The position numbers were made by a program, and so were the translations under genes. Below the pieces are notes generated by a model, which was not told the origin of the DNA, ran no database searches, and saw nothing but the letters and a program-made list of their open reading frames with translations. A stretch of DNA of 55,607 nt, from NCBI GenBank assembly GCA_001819555.1, contig MHMZ01000012.1:1-55607 (forward strand), given 5' to 3'. Origin of the DNA: Candidatus Portnoybacteria bacterium RIFCSPHIGHO2_02_FULL_39_12. GTDB taxonomy: Bacteria; Patescibacteriota; Minisyncoccia; Portnoybacterales; UBA2143. Below are positions 35,025 to 43,330 of the stretch, in pieces. Each line of letters starts with the position of its first letter. Positions within the stretch are counted from its first letter, which is position 1.

Positions 35025-36370
35025 GATTTTTTCAGTTTAGCCAGAGCCCGCGAGCTCATTAAAACATTTTTGCTCGGGTCAACCAAAAATTGTTTTAAAT
35101 CCTTGCGGCCGACAATAATGTCGTATTTCATCTGGCTGCGGTCAGCGACAAAGGCCTCGGTTGAGACTAATTTTTTGTCTAAAATAAAAGAAAATTCAAT
35201 AATCGGCCGTTCTTCCAATCCCAACGCCCCTCTGACTTTTTTATACTTCATCGTCTCATTCAGTCCCAATTGATGGGTCAAGCTGGCGCAAATCGCCGTC
35301 CGATAAGCGCCGGTGTCAATTTTAGCCATGGTTTGATATTTATTGCCCTGTTGGTCAATAATTTCAATCGGTTCATTGATGCCGATAACTTTTTTACCCG
35401 AGACCTCTTCTAGTATCTCTTCCACTTCGCCGCCGAAAAGGTCTTGGCTGATTTTTACTCCTTTAAGCGGGCTTTTAACTTTAAGCCCCTTGATTCTTTT
35501 AAGCCGGTCAGCCAAAGGAGATAAATTGGCGATTTGGATGGAGAGGCCGGGACGAGCATTAAGCTCTGAAATAATCGGCCCTTTTTCCCGGTCAATGGCA
35601 ATATCAACGCCTAAAAAATTAAGCCGGGAAACTATTTGGGCCTGAATAGCCAACTTGAGAATTTCTTTCCATTCCGGGATTTGAAGGCCTTTTAGCAATA
35701 ATCTGGTGTCCGGCGCGTATTCAATAAGACGGCCGCGATGGATAGCCGTCGTGGTGATGCCGGTGCCTAAATCAATGCCCACGCCAATGCCTCCTTGGTG
35801 CAGATTAGCTTGACCGGAAGATTCCCTGGTGGGCAGACGCAATTGAGCCATAACCGGCACTGAATTATAGACAATGATTCTAATATCAGGAATGCCGCGA
35901 TAAACATAGGATTTTAAAAGTTTAAGCAGTTTAATTCGTTCCTCAAAAAAGGCGATGTCGGGCAAGCTGGTTAAAGAAAAAGTGCCTTCCAGTATGTTTA
36001 AAATATGATTTTCTAAATCTTTAATATCAACCAGACGGCCGTCGGCTTTTATCCAGGGATAAGGGAATTTTTTCTTGCGGCCGTAAACAACCACAATGCC
36101 TTGGCCGCCCAAGCCGCGGTTGGGCTTTAGAGTAAAAGTGGGAGGCAGAACCGTCCAGTCAAATCCTTTTAATTCTTTAATTTGCCGGATAAGGCCGTAG
36201 TTTTGAAGAATTGGCAGGCTGGCTTTTCTTAAGATTTTTTTAGTCAAGAGCTTATTATCGGCAATACGAATAGCCCTCAAGGAGTTTGAGGGCCGGAGAT
36301 AATTTAGGTTTCGGGCGTTTATTCCTAAAATATGTTGAGATTTTTTTAAGAAGGAAAGCATAGCTGTCAT
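35021..36370 (-). CDS. ATP-grasp (alpha-L-glutamate-ligase-related) enzyme fused to a C-terminal retropepsin-like domain (DUF785-type)
   Basis: 449 aa. The N-terminal GINARNLNYLRPSN...ADNKLLTKKIL matches the RimK-related ligase family. The C-terminal ~130 aa carry AKIDTGAYRTAI (DTGA aspartyl-protease motif) and IVGRKDLKQFLVDP. Confidence 0.7.
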   Translation of the reverse strand: MTAMLSFLKKSQHILGINARNLNYLRPSNSLRAIRIADNKLLTKKILRKASLPILQNYGLIRQIKELKGFDWTVLPPTFTLKPNRGLGGQGIVVVYGRKKKFPYPWIKADGRLVDIKDLENHILNILEGTFSLTSLPDIAFFEERIKLLKLLKSYVYRGIPDIRIIVYNSVPVMAQLRLPTRESSGQANLHQGGIGVGIDLGTGITTTAIHRGRLIEYAPDTRLLLKGLQIPEWKEILKLAIQAQIVSRLNFLGVDIAIDREKGPIISELNARPGLSIQIANLSPLADRLKRIKGLKVKSPLKGVKISQDLFGGEVEEILEEVSGKKVIGINEPIEIIDQQGNKYQTMAKIDTGAYRTAICASLTHQLGLNETMKYKKVRGALGLEERPIIEFSFILDKKLVSTEAFVADRSQMKYDIIVGRKDLKQFLVDPSKNVLMSSRALAKLKKS

Positions 36371-36376
36371 TTGGAT

Positions 36377-37039
36377 TTATTTCTGTTGCGGCAGTTCTAT
36401 CTTTTTAATCACTTCTCTAAAACGCCAGTATTCAGAAAGCCGCAGACCGGTCCATTTTCCCAAAAGAATATTAATAATGACCGCGCCAAAGATAATCCAA
36501 AAAGGATAAATAAAAACCAAATTCCTTAGCCAAATAGAGGTCACTACCCAATAACAGACCACTGAAAGAAATAATGTTTCAATAGTTAAAATAATCGCTT
36601 CTCTGGCCCCCCTTTCGGTCTGAACAGCCACAAATTTTTCCACCAAGGTAATCATAATTAGGATGGCAAAAATAGAAGCGGAAATCAGTCCCTTTCGGCC
36701 GGAATAAGCGCCTTCTAAAAAAATGGCCAAAATAGCTAAGGCCACGGCCGTTAAAACAATAGCCATGCGGGGGAGATAGAGCAATCGGATATATCTGACT
36801 AAAAATCTCATTAAAGTGCCGACCAAAAGAATGACAATAAAAATAGCCAAGCCGTATTTAAGTCCGGTGGCTAAAAAAGCAAAAGTAATAATCAAAGGCG
36901 CGTAGACGCCAAATCCCCTTACTCCGATTATCTGCCGGCCAAAAGCGATAATTGTCGCGACAATCGGCAGCATTAAAATTAAAATCACCGTTTCTTGCGG
37001 CACTCCCTGATTGACCATGTATTGAGTGATAAATGACAT
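36377..37039 (-). CDS. 7-TM membrane protein of the type associated with RimK-related ligase operons
   Basis: 220 aa with about 7 hydrophobic helices. First gene of the three-gene cassette. Confidence 0.55.
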   Translation of the reverse strand: MSFITQYMVNQGVPQETVILILMLPIVATIIAFGRQIIGVRGFGVYAPLIITFAFLATGLKYGLAIFIVILLVGTLMRFLVRYIRLLYLPRMAIVLTAVALAILAIFLEGAYSGRKGLISASIFAILIMITLVEKFVAVQTERGAREAIILTIETLFLSVVCYWVVTSIWLRNLVFIYPFWIIFGAVIINILLGKWTGLRLSEYWRFREVIKKIELPQQK

Positions 37040-37050
37040 AGATTAGCTCT

Positions 37051-37133
37051 ACGTTTAGGAGCCTCTACGTTTAGGAGCCTCGCTCCTAAATTCTTTTAGG
37101 AGCGAGGCTCCTAAACGCATAGGCTCCTAAACG
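37051..37133. repeat. Nested palindromic repeat, family C (ACGTTTAGGAGCCTCGCTCCTAAA ... TTTAGGAGCGAGGCTCCTAAACG)
   Basis: Duplicated arms in the spacer between ruvC and the 7TM gene. A second copy lies in the tsaE 3' end at 43863-43910. Confidence 0.85.
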
Positions 37134-37135
37134 CA

Positions 37136-37603
37136 TTAATGAATACTATTCGCACAGCAAATGGCCACGGCTAAAGCGTCAGCCGCGTCATCCGGCTTGG
37201 GGATTTCTTTTAAATTAAGCAGCACTTTAACCATTTTTTGAACTTGGCTTTTATCAGCCCGGCCATAACTTGTCACTGCCTGTTTGATTTGGAGAGGCGT
37301 GTATTCAGCTATTGGAATTTTTGCCTGGCTGGCTGATAAAAGAGCCACGCCCCGCGCCTGGCTGACTTTAATGGCTGTTTTTAGATTTTTAAAAAAGAAA
37401 ATATCTTCTACGGCAATTATATCCGGCCTATGTTTTTTAATAAGTTTAGCGATTTGTTGATGCGTTTCTTTAAGCCGTTCTGCTGTAGAAAATTGCGGAC
37501 TTGTTCTAATACATCCATAATCAATGGCTCTTAATTCACTTTGTTTTTTAATAATGGCAAACCCTGTTGCGGCGGTGCCGGGGTCAATACCTAAAATTAT
37601 CAT
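37136..37603 (-). CDS. ruvC: Holliday junction resolvase RuvC
   Basis: 155 aa with ILGIDPG, AVEDIFF and the C-terminal DAADALAVA catalytic acidic motifs. Confidence 0.92.
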   Translation of the reverse strand: MIILGIDPGTAATGFAIIKKQSELRAIDYGCIRTSPQFSTAERLKETHQQIAKLIKKHRPDIIAVEDIFFFKNLKTAIKVSQARGVALLSASQAKIPIAEYTPLQIKQAVTSYGRADKSQVQKMVKVLLNLKEIPKPDDAADALAVAICCANSIH

Positions 37604-37701
37604 GTTAGAATATTGGAGATGTTAGAATTGTTGGATCACTTCGTTTTGTTATTAAACAATTCCAACAAGTGAGCAAAGCGAACGATCTAACACTTCTAAC
37701 A
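37602..37701. repeat. Palindromic repeat, family E copy, filling the yebC-ruvC spacer
   Basis: ATGTTAGAATATTGGAGATGTTAGAATTGTTGGATCACTTCG ... GAGCAAAGCGAACGATCTAACACTTCTAACAT. Shares its arms with 13024-13142. Confidence 0.75.
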
Positions 37702-37702
37702 T

Positions 37703-38239
37703 TTATTTTAAATTACTATAAATCTCATTAACATCATCGTTTTCATCTAAGACCTCAAAAAGTTTATCTAATCGCTCTTTGGTTTTTCCGTCAGTTTGAA
37801 CAGGATATTTAGCTACCCAGTCGCCGTTCTTTTTCTCAAACAGATATTTAACACTGCCGACTTGAGCTAATTTTCCTTCATGCTTTCCCAAGATATTTTT
37901 TATTTCCGACAAAGTCCGATTTTTATTATCCGAAATTCCCTCAATAATCAAGGCAATACCTTGAGAGTCATAAGCTTCATAGCTGAATTCTTCTAATTTT
38001 TCTCCTCCTGTTTCTCCTGCTCCCCGTTTAATCGCCCGTTCAATATTGTCTTTAGGCATATTAAGTTGACGCGCTTTTTCAATAGCCGCTCGCAGTTGAA
38101 TATTTGTTTCCGGGTCTTTACCCCTTTCTTTGACCGCTACAATAATCATCCGGGAAATCTTTGAAAAAACTTTCCCCTTTTTTACATCAACAACAGCTTT
38201 AATGTGTTTTACTTTTGACCATTTGGAATGCCCGCTCAT
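37703..38239 (-). CDS. yebC: YebC/PmpR-family protein (short form)
   Basis: N-terminal MSGHSKWSKVKHIKAVVDVKKGKVFSK and C-terminal DDVNEIYSN are typical. It is only 178 aa, against ~240 aa for most family members. Confidence 0.85.
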   Translation of the reverse strand: MSGHSKWSKVKHIKAVVDVKKGKVFSKISRMIIVAVKERGKDPETNIQLRAAIEKARQLNMPKDNIERAIKRGAGETGGEKLEEFSYEAYDSQGIALIIEGISDNKNRTLSEIKNILGKHEGKLAQVGSVKYLFEKKNGDWVAKYPVQTDGKTKERLDKLFEVLDENDDVNEIYSNLK

Positions 38240-38363
38240 AGCCCAATGGTATCATTGAGAGAATTGAGGTGTCAATAAAAATAAGCCGACTTCACTCGGC
38301 TGGCCGCTCAAAAAATTAAAAAGCGGGTTGTTCGACAGAATCAGATAATCATAGTCAACTTTT

Positions 38364-39392
38364 TTACAGCAACCTATCCTGTTCTTCTCTGTTATACTTA
38401 ATTCCTAAATGCTCATAAGCCAATTTAGTGGCGACGCGGCCGCGCGGGGTGCGGGCCAGAAAGCCGAGCTGGAGGAGAAAGGGTTCGTAAATTTCTTCAA
38501 TGGTTTCTGTTTCTTCGTCAGTGGCGGCTGAAAGGGCTTGAAGGCCGACCGGGCCGCCATTGAATTTTTCAATCATTACTTTCAAAAGCCGGCGGTCAGT
38601 CGGCTCCAGTCCCAATTCATCAATTTCTAACATTTTAAGGGCTTGTTGGGTTGTCCCTTGGTCAATAATACCATCGCCTTTGACCTGGCAAAAGTCCCTG
38701 ACTCTTTTTAAGAGCCGGTTAGCCACTCGCGGGGTGGCCCGGCTGGTCTGGGCAATAATTTTTAAGCCGGCCGGGTCAATAGAAACATTTAAAATACGGG
38801 CTGAACGGCTGATGATTTTTTCAATATCTTTTTGTTCGTAAAAATTCAGGCGATAAGTGGCGCCAAACCGGCTCCTTAAAGGCGAAGATAAAAGCCCGAT
38901 GCGGGTGGTGGCGCCGATTAAAGCAAAACGGGGCAAATCAAGCCGCAGGATTTTGGCTGACGGCCCTTTGCCGATGATAATATCCAGCTTATAATCTTCC
39001 ATGGCCGGATACAATATTTCCTCAATATTTTTATTGAGCCGGTGACATTCGTCCACAAAAAGAATATCTCCGTCTTGAAGCGAAGTTAAAATAGAAGCCA
39101 AGTCCCCGGTTTTTTCAATGGCCGGGCCAGAGGTAACTTTAAGATTAGCGCCTATTTCTTTGGCGATAATATGCGCTAAGCTCGTTTTACCGAGTCCGGA
39201 ACTGCCGTATAAAAGCAGGTGTTCAACGGCCTCGCCTCTTTTTTTAGCCGCTTCAATCAGGATTTTTAAATTATCTTTGATTTTTTCCTGGCCGGCGTAC
39301 TCTTCAAACGAGCGGGGCCTTAAAGTAATATCTAAATTGCGGTCTTCTTGAAGTTCCTTTGGCGAAGTGATAGGGCTTGACAAATTATTCAT
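38364..39392 (-). CDS. ruvB: Holliday junction branch-migration helicase RuvB
   Basis: 342 aa with Walker A GSSGLGKTS, Walker B LFVDECHRL, and the TTRIGLLSSPLRSRF sensor region. Confidence 0.95.
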   Translation of the reverse strand: MNNLSSPITSPKELQEDRNLDITLRPRSFEEYAGQEKIKDNLKILIEAAKKRGEAVEHLLLYGSSGLGKTSLAHIIAKEIGANLKVTSGPAIEKTGDLASILTSLQDGDILFVDECHRLNKNIEEILYPAMEDYKLDIIIGKGPSAKILRLDLPRFALIGATTRIGLLSSPLRSRFGATYRLNFYEQKDIEKIISRSARILNVSIDPAGLKIIAQTSRATPRVANRLLKRVRDFCQVKGDGIIDQGTTQQALKMLEIDELGLEPTDRRLLKVMIEKFNGGPVGLQALSAATDEETETIEEIYEPFLLQLGFLARTPRGRVATKLAYEHLGIKYNREEQDRLL

Positions 39393-39554
39393 AGTTTGAT
39401 AGAATAATGGCGAAAGTCCGCTTGTCCGTATTGCTTCGTTCGCCAGACACGCTGACGCGAGTCATGCGGACTGGCAAAGCGTTGCAAGGCGGGCCAAGTG
39501 GTTCTTTTAATTAAGGATAACAAAAAACGTCAATAAAATCAAAAGCAGATTTAA

Positions 39555-39803
39555 TCATTGATAGTGGTCGTTGATATCAATGATTTCAATAGTTGAGTTG
39601 CCGCGATAAATAAAAATCGCCCGATATTTTCGGGTGATGCGAAAGCTATAGATTTTTAAATGTTTTGGCTCAAGAATTTCTGCGCGTAAGCTTGGATAAA
39701 AAGGATTATTCTCAAAGAGGCGCTTCTGCTTTTCAAATCTTTTTTGAATTCTATGTTTTTTGAGATAAACAGAAAGACGTTTCTTGAGTAATAGAATTTT
39801 CAT
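39555..39803 (-). CDS. RelE/ParE-superfamily toxin
   Basis: 82 aa with the YSFRITRKYRAIFIY...IEIIDINDH pattern typical of RelE/ParE-type toxins. Lies downstream of a small antitoxin-like ORF. Confidence 0.65.
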   Translation of the reverse strand: MKILLLKKRLSVYLKKHRIQKRFEKQKRLFENNPFYPSLRAEILEPKHLKIYSFRITRKYRAIFIYRGNSTIEIIDINDHYQ

Positions 39804-39809
39804 ACTACT

Positions 39810-40040
39810 TTACCGAGAACGAAAGTAAGACGATTCTTTTAGCCCCTTTTCCAAGCTCTTTAAAAAAGCCTCATTATAAAGACCAGTTTTTTGAAATTCT
39901 TTAATGATTTTTTTTGAGTCTTTAGTAGGCGGTTCGGCAAAAAAATCAACTTCAAAAAGCTTACGAACCACTTCAAACAGGTCAGCAATTCGACGAAGCC
40001 GCAGATATTCTGTTTTTGGAAGAGTAATTATTTGAGGCAT
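39810..40040 (-). CDS. Putative antitoxin
   Basis: 76 aa, located immediately upstream of the toxin. Shares a duplicated promoter with the second TA pair. Confidence 0.55.
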   Translation of the reverse strand: MPQIITLPKTEYLRLRRIADLFEVVRKLFEVDFFAEPPTKDSKKIIKEFQKTGLYNEAFLKSLEKGLKESSYFRSR

Positions 40041-40053
40041 ATTAATTTTAGTC

Positions 40054-40102
40054 TACCAAAACTAACCCTAACCTGTCAAATTTTTTCCATTTGAGTTTCT
40101 GA
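40054..40102 (-). promoter_or_regulatory. TA promoter repeat, copy 1 (minus strand TTGACA-18-TAGACT)
   Basis: This 49-bp segment is ~90% identical to 41238-41286. The -35 is at 40074-40079 and the -10 at 40050-40055, 9 nt before the ATG. Confidence 0.55.
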
Positions 40103-40236
40103 ATCGTTTTGGAAATTTAGATGGGAGAGGTTTTTGCCACGGGACTTGGAGTTCTGCGGCGGCTCCCAAGAGTTCTTTGATGAATAATTTTTTGTCCCTA
40201 TGGGGGAAAGTCTCTATGGGGGAAGGAGGCAGAGAG

Positions 40237-40554
40237 ATGAGAAGAAGCGAAAGATGTTATGAATGCAGGAAAGAAATTATAGGAGAGCCGGTATGGGGAT
40301 ACGGCTCCGATACCATGAGTTTATTTGACAAAACAGTGTACCCTCATAAGCTGTTGGGAGGACATCATGGAATTGAAAAATCCCCCCAATACGATGTGCT
40401 ATATGCGAAATATGGCACATCAAATCCTTTTCTCTGCCGGGATTGCTTGGCAGAGTTGTGGGATACCTTAATTTTTGGGGAAAACGATTTAGGAAGTGTC
40501 ATGCAAAACCCTTATCGTACCCAGGAAGGTTCTTCGCTTTTAGCGTATGATTGA
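40237..40554 (+). CDS. Small zinc-ribbon-like hypothetical protein
   Basis: The start was moved to the ATG at 40237, which is preceded by GGAGG. Two CxxC pairs are present (CYEC, CRDC). Confidence 0.45.
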   Translation: MRRSERCYECRKEIIGEPVWGYGSDTMSLFDKTVYPHKLLGGHHGIEKSPQYDVLYAKYGTSNPFLCRDCLAELWDTLIFGENDLGSVMQNPYRTQEGSSLLAYD

Positions 40555-40612
40555 ACCATCTGGGGACTATGGGCTCCGGCCATATCAGGGGAGTGAAAGA
40601 CGCACAATAAAT

Positions 40613-40650
40613 GAGGAGCTTGAGCTTCGCAACTCAAACTCAAGCTCCTC
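40613..40650 (+). terminator. Hairpin downstream of the zinc-ribbon ORF
   Basis: GAGGAGCTTGAG / CTCAAGCTCCTC 12-bp stem followed by a T-rich stretch. Confidence 0.4.
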
Positions 40651-40748
40651 TCCATTCTTTAGCTCTTCAAGATTTTTGAAGGGCTGGATGATGGAGAATC
40701 CAAAAAGATTACTTTGTAAATTTAACGGGTAAGAAGTTTTTTGAAAAT

Positions 40749-41012
40749 TTAGCGGTAAATATCTTTTCTATGAGCGGCTTCAATAAGTTTAATTGTTTGC
40801 GGATTGATGAATTCAAAAATTACTCGCCAGTCGCGAGTAATTCTAAAAGAATAAAAACCGGCTAAAGGGCCGGTTAATGATTTGGTTTGTAGAAGACGAT
40901 GAAAAGGATTTTCTTTAAAAATTTCTAGCAATTTAGCTAATTTTATCTGTTGTTTCTTCGGTAGTTTCTTGGCTGATTTAAGAAAATGATTACCATAAAC
41001 AATTTGGATCAT
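40749..41012 (-). CDS. RelE/ParE-family toxin
   Basis: 87 aa with YSFRITRDWRVIFEF and a C-terminal AHRKDIYR, which are typical. Confidence 0.75.
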   Translation of the reverse strand: MIQIVYGNHFLKSAKKLPKKQQIKLAKLLEIFKENPFHRLLQTKSLTGPLAGFYSFRITRDWRVIFEFINPQTIKLIEAAHRKDIYR

Positions 41013-41227
41013 AAATTCTCTAATTGAGAAAGAAAGGCTTTTTTATCTTTAAAAGAGTAAGTTGCTTTTTCTCGGCTTGCTTTCAAAACTTTTTCAACAA
41101 ATTCCGGCTTATACTCCCCTTCTTTTTCTTTGCCAATTAAACCGATAATCAAAGAACGTAAAAATTCAATCTCCTTTTGAAGATGAGAAACATTAGTATT
41201 GAGTTTTTCTAGGGTTATATGGCTCAT
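41009..41227 (-). CDS. Putative antitoxin
   Basis: 72 aa with a 4-bp overlap with the toxin gene. Confidence 0.55.
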   Translation of the reverse strand: MSHITLEKLNTNVSHLQKEIEFLRSLIIGLIGKEKEGEYKPEFVEKVLKASREKATYSFKDKKAFLSQLENL

Positions 41228-41237
41228 ATTTACAAGA

Positions 41238-41286
41238 TACCAAAACCAACCCTAACCTGTCAAATTTCTTTCATTTGAGTTTCTGA
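41238..41286 (-). promoter_or_regulatory. TA promoter repeat, copy 2
   Basis: TACCAAAACCAACCCTAACCTGTCAAATTTCTTTCATTTGAGTTTCTGA, matching 40054-40102. Confidence 0.55.
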
Positions 41287-41334
41287 TTTTGGGAGAACAG
41301 CTCTCGGAGATTCAGCTGGGAGAAGTTTTCAATC

Positions 41335-41546
41335 AAAACACCCGCTAAACTGTAGGCAATAAGGGCCCTTTTTTATAATTCGGGTTCGATAGGGGCTTTA
41401 TCTTAGTTTCGGGCAATCTGGCTTGCCCGCCCAAGTTTTCACTTGTGGTGAAAATTTTGGCGGGCGAGGCTGGGTTGTTCCTCGGAATGGCCTTTTCTCT
41501 CTATCCCTGAATAGAGAGTCATTGCCTGCAGTTTAGCGGGTGTTTT
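41335..41546 (+). other. 212-nt highly structured element closed by a 26-bp stem (candidate ncRNA or MITE)
   Basis: AAAACACCCGCTAAACTGTAGGCAAT (41335-41360) pairs with ATTGCCTGCAGTTTAGCGGGTGTTTT (41521-41546), with one U-G position on the plus strand. There is an internal long hairpin GCCCGCCCAAGTTTTCAC / GTGAAAATTTTGGCGGGC. The element is GC-richer than its surroundings. Confidence 0.4.
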
Positions 41547-41580
41547 AATTGGTCAGAGAGTTAGGAATTAGCTTCCTAAT

Positions 41581-43290
41581 TTATTCGCTAATCACTCTTT
41601 CTACTTCTTCTAAACTCGTAATTCCCCCAATCACCTTTAAGAGAGCGTCTTGTTTCATAGTTAATGTTCCTTTCTTTTGCATAAAAGTCAAAACTTGGGC
41701 GTGGAAAGGAGAAGAGCTGATAAGTTTTTCCATCTCATCGTCAACTGAAATCATTTCAAAAATCCCGATTCGGCCTTGGTAGCCGGTTTGATTGCATTCT
41801 TGACACCCTTTTGGCTGATATAGTTTTTTAATCTCAATTTTTAGTCCATTAAGGCCTTTTTTTATTTGCTGGATTTGTTCGGCTGAAAGTTTGGCAGTTT
41901 GCCGACATTTTAAGCAGAGTTTTCTAACTAATCTTTGGGCTATAACTAAGTTTAAACCCGAAGCTAAAATTGGCGCTTTAGCGCCCAATTCTATAAAACG
42001 CGACACAGCGCCGGCCGCGTCATTGGTATGAAGCGTGGAAAAAACCAAGTGGCCGGTTAAAGATGCCTGCAGGGCGATTTCAGCCGTGTCTTTATCGCGA
42101 ATTTCGCCGACTAAAATTACATCCGGGTCTTGTCTTAAAATGGCGCGCAGACCATTAGTAAAAGTATATCCTTTTTCTGTTTCTACTTGAGTTTGGGTGA
42201 TGCCTTCCAAATGATACTCAATCGGGTCTTCTAAGGTAATAATTTTAATTTCCGGTTTATTAACCGCTTTTAGAAAAGCATAAAGAGCCGTAGTTTTGCC
42301 CGAGCCGGTCGGTCCGGTGGTAATAATCAGACCATTGGGTTTTTTTATTTCTTTTTCAACAATTTTTAAAAGTTCTTCGGGAAAACCCAAATCTTTTAAA
42401 TCCAGGCCAATCATTTTAGGATTTAAAACTCGCAGCGCAATGTTTTCTCCGTAAGCGCTGGGGAGAACCGAAACCCGGACTTCAGTGTCGGTTTTACCCC
42501 CCACTTTTTCGGAACTGCGCTTCGCGTCTAATTTTTTTTGTTCCGAAAAAGTGGGGAGTAGGTCAACGGAGATGGTGAAACGGCCGTCTTGGGCAATGTC
42601 ATGAATATTTAATTTCAAACCGGCCAAGAGCTTTATTCTATTTAGCACTAATTGATAAGTTTTTAAAGATAAAAAAACGACATCTTGTAAAATGCCGTCA
42701 AGGCGGAAGCGAAGATTAACTTTATTTTCCTTAGTTTCCAAATGGATGTCTGAAGCATTGGTTTTGAGGCTGCCGGCCAAAAGAACTTCTACTATATTTG
42801 AAGCTTGGCCGGTCGGCAGAACCTCAATTTGTTTTTTAATATCCTCTAAATTTTTTATTCCTGCCTGAATTTTTTGCAGGGTATCCATTAATATCTCTAC
42901 TTTACCGGTAATTTCTTTGGCCGACGGCCTGACTATTTCGTAAGCCGACCAGGATTTTTCTAAGCCGGGCAGAGAAACTAAAATAAGCTTGATTTGATAG
43001 CCGGCTTTTTTTAATTCATCTATAATTTCTTTAGCCGGAGGATAATCCGGATTTTGGACGGCTAAGTGAATTTCTTTCGCTTTTTTATGGACAATGACCG
43101 CTTTGGCTTTTTTGGCTTTTTCTTCTGAAAGAAGAGATAGGGTTTCGGTTGGAATTGGAACAAAGGAAAGGTCTAAATAGGGCAAATTTAATTTAGCGGC
43201 TAAGTCCTTGGTTCTTTTTTCTTCTTCTTGTCGGCGCAGCTCTTTTAATTTTTGCTGAAGAGTTTTTGATTTAGAAGAAGCGAGGGTCAT
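41581..43290 (-). CDS. pilB: GspE/PilB-family secretion/pilus assembly ATPase
   Basis: 569 aa with Walker A GPTGSGKTT, Asp box TLEDPIE, Walker B ILVGEIRD and His box FSTLHTN. A tetracysteine motif is present (CLKC...CQEC). Confidence 0.9.
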   Translation of the reverse strand: MTLASSKSKTLQQKLKELRRQEEEKRTKDLAAKLNLPYLDLSFVPIPTETLSLLSEEKAKKAKAVIVHKKAKEIHLAVQNPDYPPAKEIIDELKKAGYQIKLILVSLPGLEKSWSAYEIVRPSAKEITGKVEILMDTLQKIQAGIKNLEDIKKQIEVLPTGQASNIVEVLLAGSLKTNASDIHLETKENKVNLRFRLDGILQDVVFLSLKTYQLVLNRIKLLAGLKLNIHDIAQDGRFTISVDLLPTFSEQKKLDAKRSSEKVGGKTDTEVRVSVLPSAYGENIALRVLNPKMIGLDLKDLGFPEELLKIVEKEIKKPNGLIITTGPTGSGKTTALYAFLKAVNKPEIKIITLEDPIEYHLEGITQTQVETEKGYTFTNGLRAILRQDPDVILVGEIRDKDTAEIALQASLTGHLVFSTLHTNDAAGAVSRFIELGAKAPILASGLNLVIAQRLVRKLCLKCRQTAKLSAEQIQQIKKGLNGLKIEIKKLYQPKGCQECNQTGYQGRIGIFEMISVDDEMEKLISSSPFHAQVLTFMQKKGTLTMKQDALLKVIGGITSLEEVERVISE

Positions 43291-43330
43291 TTCTGTTCCA
43301 CTTTAACCGATTTGAAAATTAAAGTCAAAT

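Noticed and set aside
39408-39500. GC-rich segment containing GGCGAAAGTCCGC, reminiscent of the RNase P RNA P4 motif GAGGAAAGUCCGG.
   Set aside because: The intergenic region is only ~160 nt, far too short for RNase P RNA. The complementary P4 strand (ACAGAAACCCGGCUUA-like) is absent. It is probably just local hairpins upstream of ruvB.
40058-40075. (TTAGGG)2 telomere-like sequence on the minus strand.
   Set aside because: There are only two units, located inside a duplicated promoter spacer in a bacterial chromosome. It is treated as a possible operator or a coincidence, not as a telomeric feature.
41381-41393. GGGTTCGATAGG resembles a tRNA T-loop.
   Set aside because: No complementary T-stem, acceptor stem or anticodon arm can be drawn around it. 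It lies inside the larger 212-nt hairpin element.
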